A stretch of DNA of 64,000 nt from Heterodontus francisci (lineage: Eukaryota), in contig NC_090376.1 in NCBI RefSeq assembly GCF_036365525.1, positions 54,783,317 to 54,847,316 of the forward strand, given 5' to 3'. The stretch's first letter is position 1; each line of letters begins with the position of its first letter. Shown here one piece after another: positions 23,320-34,559 of this stretch. The notes below the pieces were generated by a model, which worked only from the letters and a program-made list of their open reading frames with translations, was not told the DNA's origin and ran no database searches. A program made the translations under genes and the position numbers.

Positions 23320-24271
23320 GTGAGGAGGATAGTGATAAACTTCAAGAGAACATAAACTGGTGGTATGGGCGGACAAGTGGCAGATGGAATTTAATGCAGA
23401 GAAGTGTGAGATGATTCATTTTGGTATGAAGAAATGAGAAAAGGTAATGTAAAATAAAGGGTACAATTCTAAAAGGGGTTCAGGAGCAGAGGGACCTGGG
23501 GGTATCTGTGCACAATTCATTGAAGGTGGTTGGGCAAGTTGAGAAAGCAATTAATAAAGCATACAGGATCCTGGGTTTTATAAATAGGGGCATGGAGTAC
23601 AAAAGAAAGGAAGTTATGATAAACCTGTAAACAACACTGGTTCGGCCTCAACTGAAGTATTGTGTCGAGTTCTGGGAAGGATGTGAAGATTTTAGAGAAG
23701 GCACAGAAAAGATTCATGAGAATGGTTCCAGGGATGTGAAACTTCAGTTACGTGGATAGATTGGAGAAGCTGGGGTTGTTCACCTTCGAAAAGAGAAGAT
23801 TAAGAGGAGGTTTTATAGAGGCGTTCAGAATCATGCAGGATCTAGACAGTAGATAAAGAGAAACTGTTCCCATTGGTGGAAGGATCGAGAACCAGAGGAC
23901 AGCAATTTAAAGCGATTGGAAAAAAAGCAACGGCGACATGAGGAAAATCTTTTTTACGCAGTGAGTGGTTAGGATCTGGATTGCAGTACCTCAGAGTGTG
24001 GTGGAGGCAGATTCAATTGAGGCCTTCAAAAGAGGATTGGATAATTATATGAAGAGAAAATAATTGCAGGGCTACGGGGAAAAGGCGGGGAAGTGGGACT
24101 AGGTGAGTTGCTCTTGCAGAGAGCTGGCAAGGACATGACGGGCTGAATGGCCTCCTTCTGTGGTGTAATCATTCTATGTTTCTATGATTCTATGAAATCT
24201 GATCACACCATTTGCTTTCATTAGATTGTAATACCATAGTTTGTCGACACGCACGCATATGAATGCATTTT

Positions 24272-24520
24272 GGGGAGATGGTGGCATAGTGTTAATGTCA
24301 CTGAACTAGCAATCCAGAGATGCAGGCCAATGCTCTGGGACATGGATTCAAATCACACCACGGCAGGTGGTGGAATTTAAATTCAGTTAATTAATAAGTT
24401 CAATTAATTTTAAAAATCTGGAATTGAAAGCTAGTCTCAGTAATAGTGCCATGAAACTATAATTGATTGTCATAAAAACCCATCTTGTTCACTAACGTCC
24501 TCCAGGGAAGGAAATCTGCC
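24272..24520 (+). mobile_element. 5' part of tRNA-derived SINE (family of 16366)
   Basis: GGGGAGATGGTGGCATAGTG head and shared body to ...ggaaggaaatctgcc. Confidence 0.8.
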
Positions 24521-24624
24521 GAGATTAGCACTCCTTAAAGCCAGCATCAACTTCTTAAAGGGCGAGTGCATTTTGGCAGGACAAGGTTCTGGACGTCATT
24601 GTAAAAGACGTTTTGAATTGGGAA

Positions 24625-24781
24625 TTTTTTTTTTTGGTTATTCATTCATGGGATGTGGGTGTCACTGGCTAGGCCGGCATTTATTGCCCATCCCTAATTG
24701 CCCTTGAGACGGTGGTGGTGAGCTGGCTTCTTGAACTGCTGCAGTCCATGTGGAGTAGGTACACCCACAGTGCTGTTAGGA
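24625..24781 (-). mobile_element. CR1-Zenon-like LINE 3' end
   Basis: Matches 45168-45320 (NSTVGVPTPHGLQQFKKPAHHHRLKGN, then 3' UTR and A-tail). Confidence 0.8.
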
Positions 24782-24910
24782 ATGATAGAAGAATGGCACA
24801 ACATGGCAGACAGTTGGCTGCAAAATTTTCCGATGCTGCATTGGAGGCTTCGATGCAGGAGGTGAAGAGCAGGAGAGATGTCAACAACGCACAGGGAGGA
24901 CAGCGAATGC

Positions 24911-26560
24911 GGTACCATTATTCAAGAAGGGTAACATAGAAACATAGAAAATAGGAGCAAGAGTAGGCCATTCGGCCCTTCGAGCCTGCTCCGCCATTCA
25001 TTATGATCATGGCTGATCATCCAACTCAGTCACCTGTTCTCGCTTTCTCCCCATATCCTTTGATCCCATTAGACCCAAGAGCTATATCTAATTCCTTCTT
25101 GAAAACATACAATGTTTTGGCCTCAACAGCTTTGTGTGGTAGCGAATTCCACAGGCTCACCACTCTCAGGGTGAAGAAAGTTCTCCTCAGTATTAGGGAT
25201 AAACCAGGTAATTACAGGCCAGTGAGTCTAACATCAGTGATAGGGAAACTGTTGGAAAACATTCTGAGGGACAGGATTAATCTCCACATGGAGAGGCAGA
25301 GATTAATCAAGGATAGTCAGCATAGCTTTGCCAGGGGAAGATCATGCACAACAAATTTGATTGAATTTTTCGAGGAGGTGTCTAGGTGTGTAGCTGAGGG
25401 TAAAGCAGTTGATGTTGTCGACACGGACTTCATTAAGGCTTTTGATAAGGTCCCGCATGGGAGATTGGTCAAGAAGGTAAGAGCCCATGGGATCCAGGGC
25501 AATTTGGCAAAGTGGATCCAAAATTGGCTTAGTGGCTGGAGGCAGAGGGTGACGGTTGAGGGTTGTTTTTGCGAGTGGAAGCCTGTGACCAGTGGTGTAC
25601 CCAGGGATCGGTGCTGGGACCCTTGCTGTTGTAGTGTACATTAATGATTTAGACGTGAATATAGAAGGTATGATCAGTAAGTTCATAGATGACAGAAAAA
25701 TTGGTGGTGCTGTAAATAGTGAGGAGGAAAGCCTTAGATTACAGGCCGATGTAGATGGGCTGGTAAGATGGGCAGAGCAGTGGCAAATGGAATTTAATCC
25801 TGAGAAGTGTGAGGTGATGCATTTTGGGAGGACTAACAAGGCAAGGGAATATACAATGGATGGTAGGACCCTAGGTAGTACAGAGGGTCCGAGGGACCTT
25901 GGTGTACTTGTCCATAGATCACTGAAGGAAACAGCACAGGTAGATAAGGTGGTTAGGAAGGCATATGGGATACTTGCCTTTATTAGCCAAGGCATAGAAT
26001 ATAAGAGCAGGAAGGTTATGATGGAGCTGTATAAAATGCTAGTTAGGCCACAGCTGAAATACTGTGTACAGTTCTGGTCGCCACACTATAGGAAGGATGT
26101 GATTGCACTGGAGAGGGTGCAGAGGGGATTCACCAGGATGTTGCCTGGGCTGGAGCATTTCAGCTATGAAGAGAGACTGGATAGGCTAGGGTAGTTTTCC
26201 TTAGAGCAGAGAAGGCTGAGGGGGATCTGATTGAGTTATACAAAATTATGAGGGGCATAGATAGAGTTGATAGGAAGAAACTTTTTCCCTTAGCAGAGGG
26301 GTCAAATAACCAGGGGGCATAGATTTAAGGTAAGGGGCAGGAGGTTTAGAGGGGATTTGAGGAAAACATTTTTCACCCAGAGGGTGGCTGGAATCTGGAA
26401 CACAATGCCTGAAGGGGTGTTAGTGGCAGGAACCCTCACAACATTTAAGAAGTATTTAGATGAGCACTTGAAACGCCATAGCATACAAGGCTACGGGCCA
26501 AGTGCTGGAAAATGGGATTAGAATAGATAGGCTTGATGTCCGGCGCGGACACGGTGGGCC
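24911..26560 (+). mobile_element. CR1 RT fragment containing a short antisense CR1 3' end (24936-25190)
   Basis: ORFs 25003-25644 and 25592-26194 (NYRPVSLTS, AFDKVPH, SKFIDD). catagaaacatagaaa tail at 24936. Confidence 0.92.
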
Positions 26561-27486
26561 TTCCACAAAAACAAACTTTGAGAAGGCATCTGGACCAGAT
26601 AGCCCCGACAGGAGTCTAGCCCCAAGAACCAGGATGCAGTGCTGCAAGAAGCTTAATGATGTCACACTTGTGGTCAAGTTCAGTGAATGTACCATCAAAT
26701 GTCATTTTCCACCACTAGCTTCACACACTGCTAAATGCACTACACTACCACTTACCAACAATCACTATCAATCAAGACTGATATCTATATGCTTCACCTT
26801 ACCCTCACTGCTGCAAGCCTCACACCCACACACTGCAACTATTCAACCATAACAGCCACATCATCCAAACACATTGCAGCACACTCACTGACACACTTCT
26901 TTCTTGCAGGACACACTTGTGCATAACAGGAGGTAGCAGCATCTAACCAGTGGGCAACAGGCATGGCTGCTTGTCCTCGCCCCCATGGAGAAGACAGTGG
27001 CTGCTGTCATTGAAGGTGGAAGAATTTCTCTCTGAACACCCTGTGTGGTTATGACCTCCCATTGAGAGTCTTTCTTCCCCCTCCTCCACCCCCCTGTATT
27101 GCTCTGTAATGCCTCTGTTCATTCTCCCTGTCATGCTGTAGGCCAAGGTGGTTGTGAACTACTGCACCCAACTTTGGCAGCAAGTGACTTATGCAGAATC
27201 CTTGAAATCAGGACGAAGTCCTTCAACATGTGCCACACTAGTCCCTAGTTTATTTAAAGCAACTTTAAATAAACAACTCTGGATACCAGCAAACACTACT
27301 ACAATCCCAGTAGTAGCCAGTAGAAATCAATCAGCAACTCAACTGAAAGTAGCTCGTGATCCCTTTAAATAGCGCAGGTACAGGGTCCTTCCTACTGCTG
27401 AGTGCGTGTTCAGCTGTGCATGTTTCAGAGCATTAGCTGGAGCATTGAGCTCCAAAATGGCACTGCTGGTGTCAAATCAGCATTAC

Positions 27487-28164
27487 TGTTACGGCCATGT
27501 GGTGCGATGTGGGCGGTTCCCACTGTTAAACTCCCCACCTGACCGCAGGAAGCACAAGAAGAGACAGATAGAGAAGGGAAAAAGGAAGGTTACGATAAAC
27601 CTGCTGGATTCTCTTGGAAATCAAGTTCTCAATGGGTGCAGGACTGAGATGATTGTAGATTTCTCTCTTGATTTAATGTTCAATTGAAGACACTGGGTCA
27701 CTTCTAGTTTTCACTGCTCTATAATATGATGTAGGATTCTGCAGCAGGGCACATGCCTTCTGGCTTGGCTAGATCACAAGCTGTTCGAATGTTGCTTTTC
27801 TCTCTCTCTCGCTGTCTTTTTCTAAGGTAAAACTGTGTCACCTCTCACCTTCTAGTAGGAAACGTTCTCAACTCTTCCCCTCGTGATCACACATTGGCCC
27901 AGGACGTGGCTACTTCGCACCTCCTTTGTTTCAGAAGAATACATTCAATTCTGGAATGTTTTTAGGATGGGGTGCAATTGACAGATCTTAGCTTTGAAGA
28001 TTTGTCCTTTGTCTTTGTCAGACAATTTGAATACACAAAAGGCCAATCCCTTTTTCTTTGGTGGCCATTTTGGACCATTGTTCACTTTTTAAAATAAAGG
28101 TTCATTTTTTATAATTCAGAGTTAGTCCATAATTTGTATAATTGCACTTCCGGTGTACATGACA
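27487..28164. mobile_element. Solo LTR (family A), internally deleted, opposite orientation to 15043
   Basis: TGTTACG...CATGACA termini. Both ends are the reverse complement of the ends of 15043-15855. Confidence 0.8.
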
Positions 28165-29379
28165 ATTCCACACTGATTGACGTTACAATCTGTCTACTCT
28201 GCATACTTCTAGCAGGCAATCTTGCGTGCATTCTAACGCCCTCACCAACATAGCATCCAGTGTGGCTAGCAGCAGAAGTGTGGCCGCATGCTACGGACAC
28301 CATTTTGGAGGCAAAACAACACTTGTCGCGCCAAATATCTGAACACTACAGAGCCAAATTTCGTGGCAAATATATCTTGATAGGTCCCAGAAGATCTCCC
28401 ATGGTTTTGCTCATGGTGAGTTTGGCCTCCCATGACTAAGTACATGGGCCCTTTTGAATTATGTTCGGAGGATTTTGTTCTACCACCTGAAGTGATCTCA
28501 AAGTTGCATTTTTTTTTAAATCTAAAAGCCTGTTTAAAAGCATTGAGCTGAAAATAGACTGCAGCTTGCTTAAATTGCACTATGTACTAACTTTTTTATG
28601 CACTGATCACTTGCTGTGAATTAATTTGCAGTGACTGAATAAATCAAATTTCTGCCATATGCAAGATTTTTAATAATAGATGCAGATATTCTTATGAACT
28701 GAAGCAAGGTAAATTTTCAAACTGCCACAGATAGAGCTATCGATAGTTCATTGGATTGATGGATGGATGGATGGTACTTTTGGCACTGGAAGCAGTTAAA
28801 GGCAATATGTGGACTAGTAGTTATAACCTTGCCCTAAAATGTAGATTTAGGAAGTTTTTGCTAAATTTTGGTTATGGCAATGAAACTTAATTCTTGTTGT
28901 AGAAAACAGACTATAAAGCTCTTTTTGATGCGAATATAAGTAACTTTCTGGATAGTGGGGTTGAAATTGTAAAATCGAGTTGATAAGATAAATACAAGTA
29001 TAATGTTAATGTACATGATCTTCTTTGTTAGGATATCATGGAACATTGGAGGACTCCTCCAGGAGGTCAAGCATTTCTCTCACCGAAAAGGAGGTGAAAG
29101 CAGAGTTCACTAAGCTGTTTCAAGTACCTCCCAGCAACCAGTTACCATGGTATAATTAGATGCCGAGAAACAGATCATCTGCCCCTCCCTCACATACACA
29201 GGAAAGTGAATGCCACAATGTTCCAATTGAGCAATTTTGCATGATTTCTCAAAATAAAGAAAATAAAAAATCGGGACACTATTGGACCAGTCAGTAGATG
29301 ATGAAAAATGTATGGTTGTGTAATAAAATATCAGGTTACTGCAGAATATTTAAGCATAGCACACTTAAAAGTGACTGCT

Positions 29380-29720
29380 GGCAATGCAGCGGGACACTAC
29401 CGTCATCGGAGCGCTGGAATTGCGCGCATGCGCAAACGCTCGCTCTGAGATGCTGTGCATGCCAGTGTACGTCTCGTCTTGCCAGGACTAACTGGCACAT
29501 GCGCAGGTAAATGCTCTCCATCCCACCCGCCCCCCCCCCCCCCCCCCGCCACTCGCTTTCTGGCCGCTCGCTCCCGCTCCCCCCCCCTCCCCCAATCCCT
29601 CCAGACGCCAGCTCTAGAACGCAAGGGGTGACGGAGCGATGGGGGGGTGGGAAGTGAGCGGCTGGAGAGAGAGATGCGGGGAGTGGGGGTGGGCTGAATG
29701 GCCGGAGAGCGGGATGGCAC
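29380..29720 (+). promoter_or_regulatory. Second CpG-rich promoter-like region with NRF1 motif and first-exon-like donor
   Basis: TGCGCGCATGCGCA at ~29421-29434, a second GCACATGCGC followed by CAG|GTAAAT at ~29506, and GC/C-rich tracts. Confidence 0.55.
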
Positions 29721-29933
29721 TGAAACCTCACAGAATTATGGAGGATGTGCAGCACTGTCAGAGTTGCTGTCCTTCTGATGAGACTTGAAACAGCATGATG
29801 TTCTCCATGTCACAAACTTGTCCATTGTTTGCTGCCATGGGTTAAAGTTGTTTTTGTGTGACAAATTGAGCAGCGTCATCTTTAATCCCGGCAGCTGCCT
29901 GAATGTCGCAGACACTGACGTTTAAGTGGATGA

Positions 29934-29997
29934 GGCTGCATTTGCGAATGTGCTGGTACAGCGCCACCTAGTTGTTGCATGGTCAGCAAACGCAGCC
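29934..29997. mobile_element. 64-bp Harbinger-type MITE-like element containing a CTCF motif
   Basis: TIRs GGCTGCATTTGC / GCAAACGCAGCC (11/12), flanks TGA/TAA. Internal CAGCGCCACCTAGTTG (29959-29974). Confidence 0.55.
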
Positions 29998-30124
29998 TAA
30001 AAAATAACCAATTTTTACTTTCAATTCCATGGTTTTATTTGCCAGAGAAACACAGGGAATAATATCCTTGATGTGATGGCCTTGTCCAGCTGCATAAAGG
30101 TGTATTGAATTGTTCTAAGGTTCT

Positions 30125-30228
30125 GAGTTCTGATGAAGGGTCACTGATCTGAAACGTCAACTCTAATTCTATCTCCACAAATGTTGCCAGACTGGCTGAG
30201 TATTTCCAGTATTTTCTGTTCTTATTTT
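30125..30228 (+). ncRNA. Penelope-like element terminus with minimal type I hammerhead ribozyme motif (30125-30163)
   Basis: GAGTT-CTGATGA-A-GGGTC-ACT-GATCT-GAAA-C-GTC-AACTC: intact core, stems I and II, GUC triplet. Confidence 0.75.
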
Positions 30229-30432
30229 TGAATTGTTCTCCCTGTCTGCTTTGTTTGTGTTTCAGTTTGTAACAATATTAGTCTGCCATGCTGCTTGATG
30301 TGCACAAACAGAAAGGGCAGAGCTCCCGAAGGGATACTGCAGGTACCATGAAGCTGCAACTTGCAATTAGCTCTGTGCAGGGTAAAGAGTTCAGATCAGC
30401 CTTCTCTGAGTGGAGGAGAGCATTCTTACTCA

Positions 30433-31090
30433 TTTTTTTAAACTATTCGCGAGATGTGGGCTTCGCTGGCAAGGACATCATTTATTGCCCATCCCTAATT
30501 ACCATTAAGAGAGTGGTAGTGAGACATCTTCGTGAAGTGCTGCAGACCATCTGTTGAAGGTATTCCCACAGTGCTATTAGGTAGGGCGTTCCAGGATTTT
30601 GACTCAGCAATGATAAAGGAATGGCAATATATTTCCAAGTTAGTGATGCGTGACTTGGAAGGGAACATGCAGGTAGTGATGTTCCCATGCGCCTGCTGCA
30701 CTTCTAGCCACAGGTTTGGGAGGTACTGCTGAAGAAGTCTTGGTGAGTTGTTGCAGTGCATCTTGGAGAAGGTACACACTGCAGCCACAGTGCATCGATG
30801 GCGGTGGAGGAAGTGAATGTTTAAAGTAGTTGATAGGGTACCAATCAAGTAGGCTGCTTTGTCCTGGATGGTGTTGAGCATCTTGAGTGTTGTTGGAGCT
30901 GCACCCATCCTGGCAAGTGGAGAGTATTCCATCACACTCCTGACTTGTGCCTTGGACATGGTGGACAGGCTTTGGGGAGTCAGGAGGTGAGTTACTCGCT
31001 GCAGGATTCCTAGCCTCTGACCTGCTCTTGTAGCCACGCTATTTTTATGGCTACTCCAGTTCCGTTTCTGGTCAATGGTAACCCCTAGGT
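30433..31090 (-). mobile_element. CR1-Zenon-like LINE 3' fragment
   Basis: ORF 30495-31142: LGVTIDQK..KAQVRSVMEYSP..IQDKAAYLIG..HRCTVAAVCTFSKMHC. Confidence 0.8.
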
Positions 31091-31619
31091 ATTGTTCCTT
31101 TACATGCTTAGTGGTCAAACTTAGCCACATCAGAAAGGACACATTCAGTGGAAATGTGCTTTCCCACTGGACCGAAAGATGAGCAGGCTCTTGGGTTTCC
31201 TAATAGCAGTTGGAAGGAGACAAAGCTTCCGCCTTTCTTCCTAACACAATCAATGTGGTTAAAAGCACTATAGAGAACAGCACAAGCCAAAACATTGAAT
31301 GAGACTGAATAAATTTTGGGCCCAATTTTAACCTGCACAAACCCACCCACTTGCACTGAATTAAACTCAGGCCCATAGTCTCCAAAAATCTGCTCCCTTG
31401 TTCTGGCCAGAAGAGTACATCAGATGTACTCCCCCATCATAAAGGCATACATCACACCATTCCAAAGGATCAAAGCAGACTTCAAAATCATAATATGAAC
31501 CTCACAGCACCACTGGACCTGAATTTCACTCACATAAGCCAACTACTAGGTTTAGCCAAAAGCCATTTTGATATATTTTCTTACATTTTTCACCATGAAA
31601 TTATCAACAAGTCTTATTT

Positions 31620-32065
31620 ACATTGTGGATAATTGTATTGACACCTTGGCTTTGACTGAAACTTGGTTCATGGGTGGTGAGACCTTGCTCCCCATCAAAG
31701 CCTTCCCATCTGGGTATACTTCCCACTATCTACCCTGCCCAAACTAATATAGTGGTGGTGTGGCCCGTATTAGCAAGTCACATTTCCCCCAACTCCTCTG
31801 GCACCTTACCATTTAAGCACCTCACTCTGTCTCACCCTGCTCACCTCTGCTTTACAATCCTCATTGTACATCATCTATCCCAAGCCCCAGCCTGAGTTTC
31901 TCCACAAGATATCCTCCCTTCTTTCTTCTCTGCCTCTGCACTGAATGACTCCTTCTACATGTTATCAGTCTCAGACTCAGCACCCGTTGCCCTCTCTCTT
32001 TTGAATAAAATGCCTTCCTGCCCTCTCGAAACCTTTCCCTCCTTATAAGCTTTCTTACCTATATT
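31620..32065 (+). mobile_element. L2-clade LINE endonuclease fragment
   Basis: IVDNCIDTLALTETWF...PSGYTSHYLPCPN..SGGV-type decayed APE sequence. Confidence 0.6.
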
Positions 32066-32067
32066 CT

Positions 32068-32270
32068 GAATTTGAATTCAGTTTTAAAAAGTCTGGAATA
32101 AAAAGCTAGTATTGTGACCATGATGCTATTGGATAGTTGTAAAAACTCAACTGGTTCACTGATGTCCTTTAGGGAAGGAAACTTGTCCTCACCAGCTCTG
32201 GCCTAGATCTGCAGCAATGAGGATGACTCTTAATTGCTCTCTGAAATGGCCGAGCAAGCCACTCAGTGTA
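32068..32270 (+). mobile_element. Headless fragment of the 16366-family SINE
   Basis: aatttgaattcag...ctggaataaaaagctagt...ctggttcactgatgtcctttagggaaggaaac...gcaagccactcagt. Confidence 0.7.
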
Positions 32271-32366
32271 TCTAACCAATACAAAGAAGTATAAGAATAA
32301 AATTGGATGGACCACTTGACTTCATCCTGGGCATCAATTCAGATACAACAAAGGTGCACCCAGCTC

Positions 32367-32470
32367 GGTTGTGATGAAAGGTCACAGACTTGAAACATTA
32401 ACTCTGTTTCTCTCCCCACAGATGCTGTCAGACCTTTTGAGTGTTTCCAGCATTTTCTGTTTTTATTTCA
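32367..32470 (+). mobile_element. Penelope-like terminus with decayed hammerhead motif
   Basis: GTGATGA-A-AGGTC-ACA-GACTT-GAAACATTAACT, followed by the same tail as 30164-30228. Confidence 0.7.
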
Positions 32471-33049
32471 ACCCTAATCATGTTGCTATTTGAAGGGAGG
32501 AGATGTGGAAATGAAGTACAAGGTGTCAACAGCTCTCAACATTTTAATCAAGCGATTGAGTGAACATTAACCATCACACAGCTGAAATTGAGAACATTTG
32601 CAGGTTGGATCATTTTGGACATGTGAGCTAATGGGAGTTATTATTCGGATAGAGTCCGACAGCTACTGTTGTGATGAACATGAAGATACACCCAGTTCTT
32701 GTGCTGATGCTGTTTCAGTTAATTGTATTGGTAATTTTGATTTACTACAGATGGCATGTTCGAAAACAAGGACTACAACTGGACAATATTGTTGAACAGA
32801 CTAAAATGACTGTCGAAATGTTATCCAGATAACTCCTGGTGGAAAGGACAGAGAGAAAATGCAGGAGAGTATGGGAATGTGGTTTCACATTACCCGTGTA
32901 CCTCAATGTCTTGGGCTGTTTGTGGGATCAGCACACAATGAGTTAAAACAGCTTTCAGGGATGATTTGTGAAGCAGGCCTAAGACATAAAATCAGTTTAG
33001 ACAGGGTCGACTGCAACTAATATGGTGAATATGTTGCAATTAATTGAGT

Positions 33050-34056
33050 GTAGGATGGAATATAACACACTATTTACATAGCAAAAACACACGATCATGA
33101 CAAGTAGAAAGTACCGATCCCAGTCATACAGGATGGTTGGTTTGAGCGAACAACTCTTGTCTTCTTTTTCCTTTTCTCTTCTCAGTGCCTCATATCTTCA
33201 CGTCTTCTCAAACTACCCAAGAGTGTTAAACCAAAGTCAGCATGGATCCCACGCTAGAGATCCCTCTCCATTGCCTACTGCACTGAGGTCTTCCAAAGTC
33301 TCTTCCTTTATACCCTTTTTCAGGGATGGAGCTGGGGTTCATTCTGATAAGTCTGATAAAAGTTCCCCTTGAGACCAGGGGGAATCCAATGGCATGTCAA
33401 GTTTTTTGTTTAAACCACAGAATAAAAGCCTTCCCTTAAGTTACCCTCCACCTTCCATGGACTGCTATAGCCTTTGCACATACCTTCTGAACTTGATCAA
33501 CCATGTCTTTACAGCATTCTTCCTCATCTCATCCAATGCTGTTCCCTTGATCATTTCCACAATTCCCTCGAAATATCCCATCTCTGGCCTTCAAACTAAC
33601 TTTCAGAGCCTTATTTGTTTTTGCCTGTTATCTGTCATTTATGCCTAGAGCTATTTACAAGGCCTGTTGATGAGCTGTTCATAATGGATATCCAGTCTAA
33701 CCATCCTAATTCCTTATCAAGCTATTGAGCCATAAGGTGATTCACACTGGTGACTCCTATTCTATTTCTACACACTAATTAACTTTCACAGTCCAGCAAG
33801 CATCTTAATTAAGCAAGGTTAAATGAAAAACCTAACACAGCTTTGTAGTATGGTTATCTATTCGTGCATTTAAGGCCCTTCTGAGGCTAACTATCATTAT
33901 CTAAGAATGACCATTCTGCTACTTTTTGCTTCCAGCGAAATGAAACCCACGCAGTTTTCAGTAAAACAAAACTTGCAGCACTAACCTAATTTTCTACCTA
34001 TTTCAAGCAGACTACTAAGTATATGTTTATTCTGAGCATATTTTTAATTTCTAACA
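33050..34056. mobile_element. Probable LTR remnant
   Basis: Ends ttttaatttctaaca (LTR-like CA end) with LTR-like composition. No left terminus or TSD found. Confidence 0.3.
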
Positions 34057-34559
34057 TTAGGCAAGGATAAGGAATTGAAGGAATGTGTGAAGGTCATTCA
34101 TCCATGTCTTGGGGGTCTGGCAGATATTGTTCTGGTCACTGTATTTATAATAATAAAGTGACTGGAACAGCTTAAGCAGACCATATAACCATGGCAACAG
34201 AATGATTAGGAGATGTTGAGATGGGCTGGGTGCATCTTCCTGGCTCCCATGTTGATATATGTCACTTTGTTTCTTCTGATGTGCTGTAATTTAGTGATAG
34301 CATGCATGATATGTAGAGATCAAAGATAAAATTGTTTTAAGAGTTTTGAGCAAATCACTGTATGCTGTAGCCACACTGGATTGTGGAATATGATGTACCT
34401 GAGTTCTTAAAGTGAATTGTGAACTCAATAAAGAATTATGCAATCATATTGGAACCATGTAGTATGATTTACCTCAGTATACGGATTGGATCATGTAACA
34501 AAGACCTGATTCTGTGGTTATTACAACTGATGACTGTGTGCTCTGGTATTTAAAGTAAC

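Larger units (their letters stand above)
18086..24195 (+). mobile_element. Degraded near-full ORF2 CR1 LINE hosting nested insertions
   Basis: Starts at the APE N-terminus (SVVNKVGE..YDVV..ETWL), is collinear to the RT C-terminus, and ends with a (TTCTATGA)n tail at 24172-24195. Confidence 0.9.
24521..28312 (+). mobile_element. PIF/Harbinger remnant with Myb/SANT-like ORF, interrupted by LINEs and an LTR
   Basis: MAQHGRQLAAKFSDAALEASMQEVKSRRDV (24793-24910) continues after the CR1 as SLAPRTRMQCCKKLNDVTLVVK (~26615-26680). Terminal region 28165-28312 is homologous to 59260-59458. Confidence 0.7.

Noticed and set aside
32598-32875. Plus-strand exon-like stretch / 65-aa ORF
   Set aside because: It cannot be joined in frame to the upstream candidates without stops, and no homology was recognised.
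34195-34520. Possible C/D-box snoRNAs (ATGAT...CTGA pairs)
   Set aside because: Imperfect C boxes, no terminal stems and no recognisable rRNA guide.
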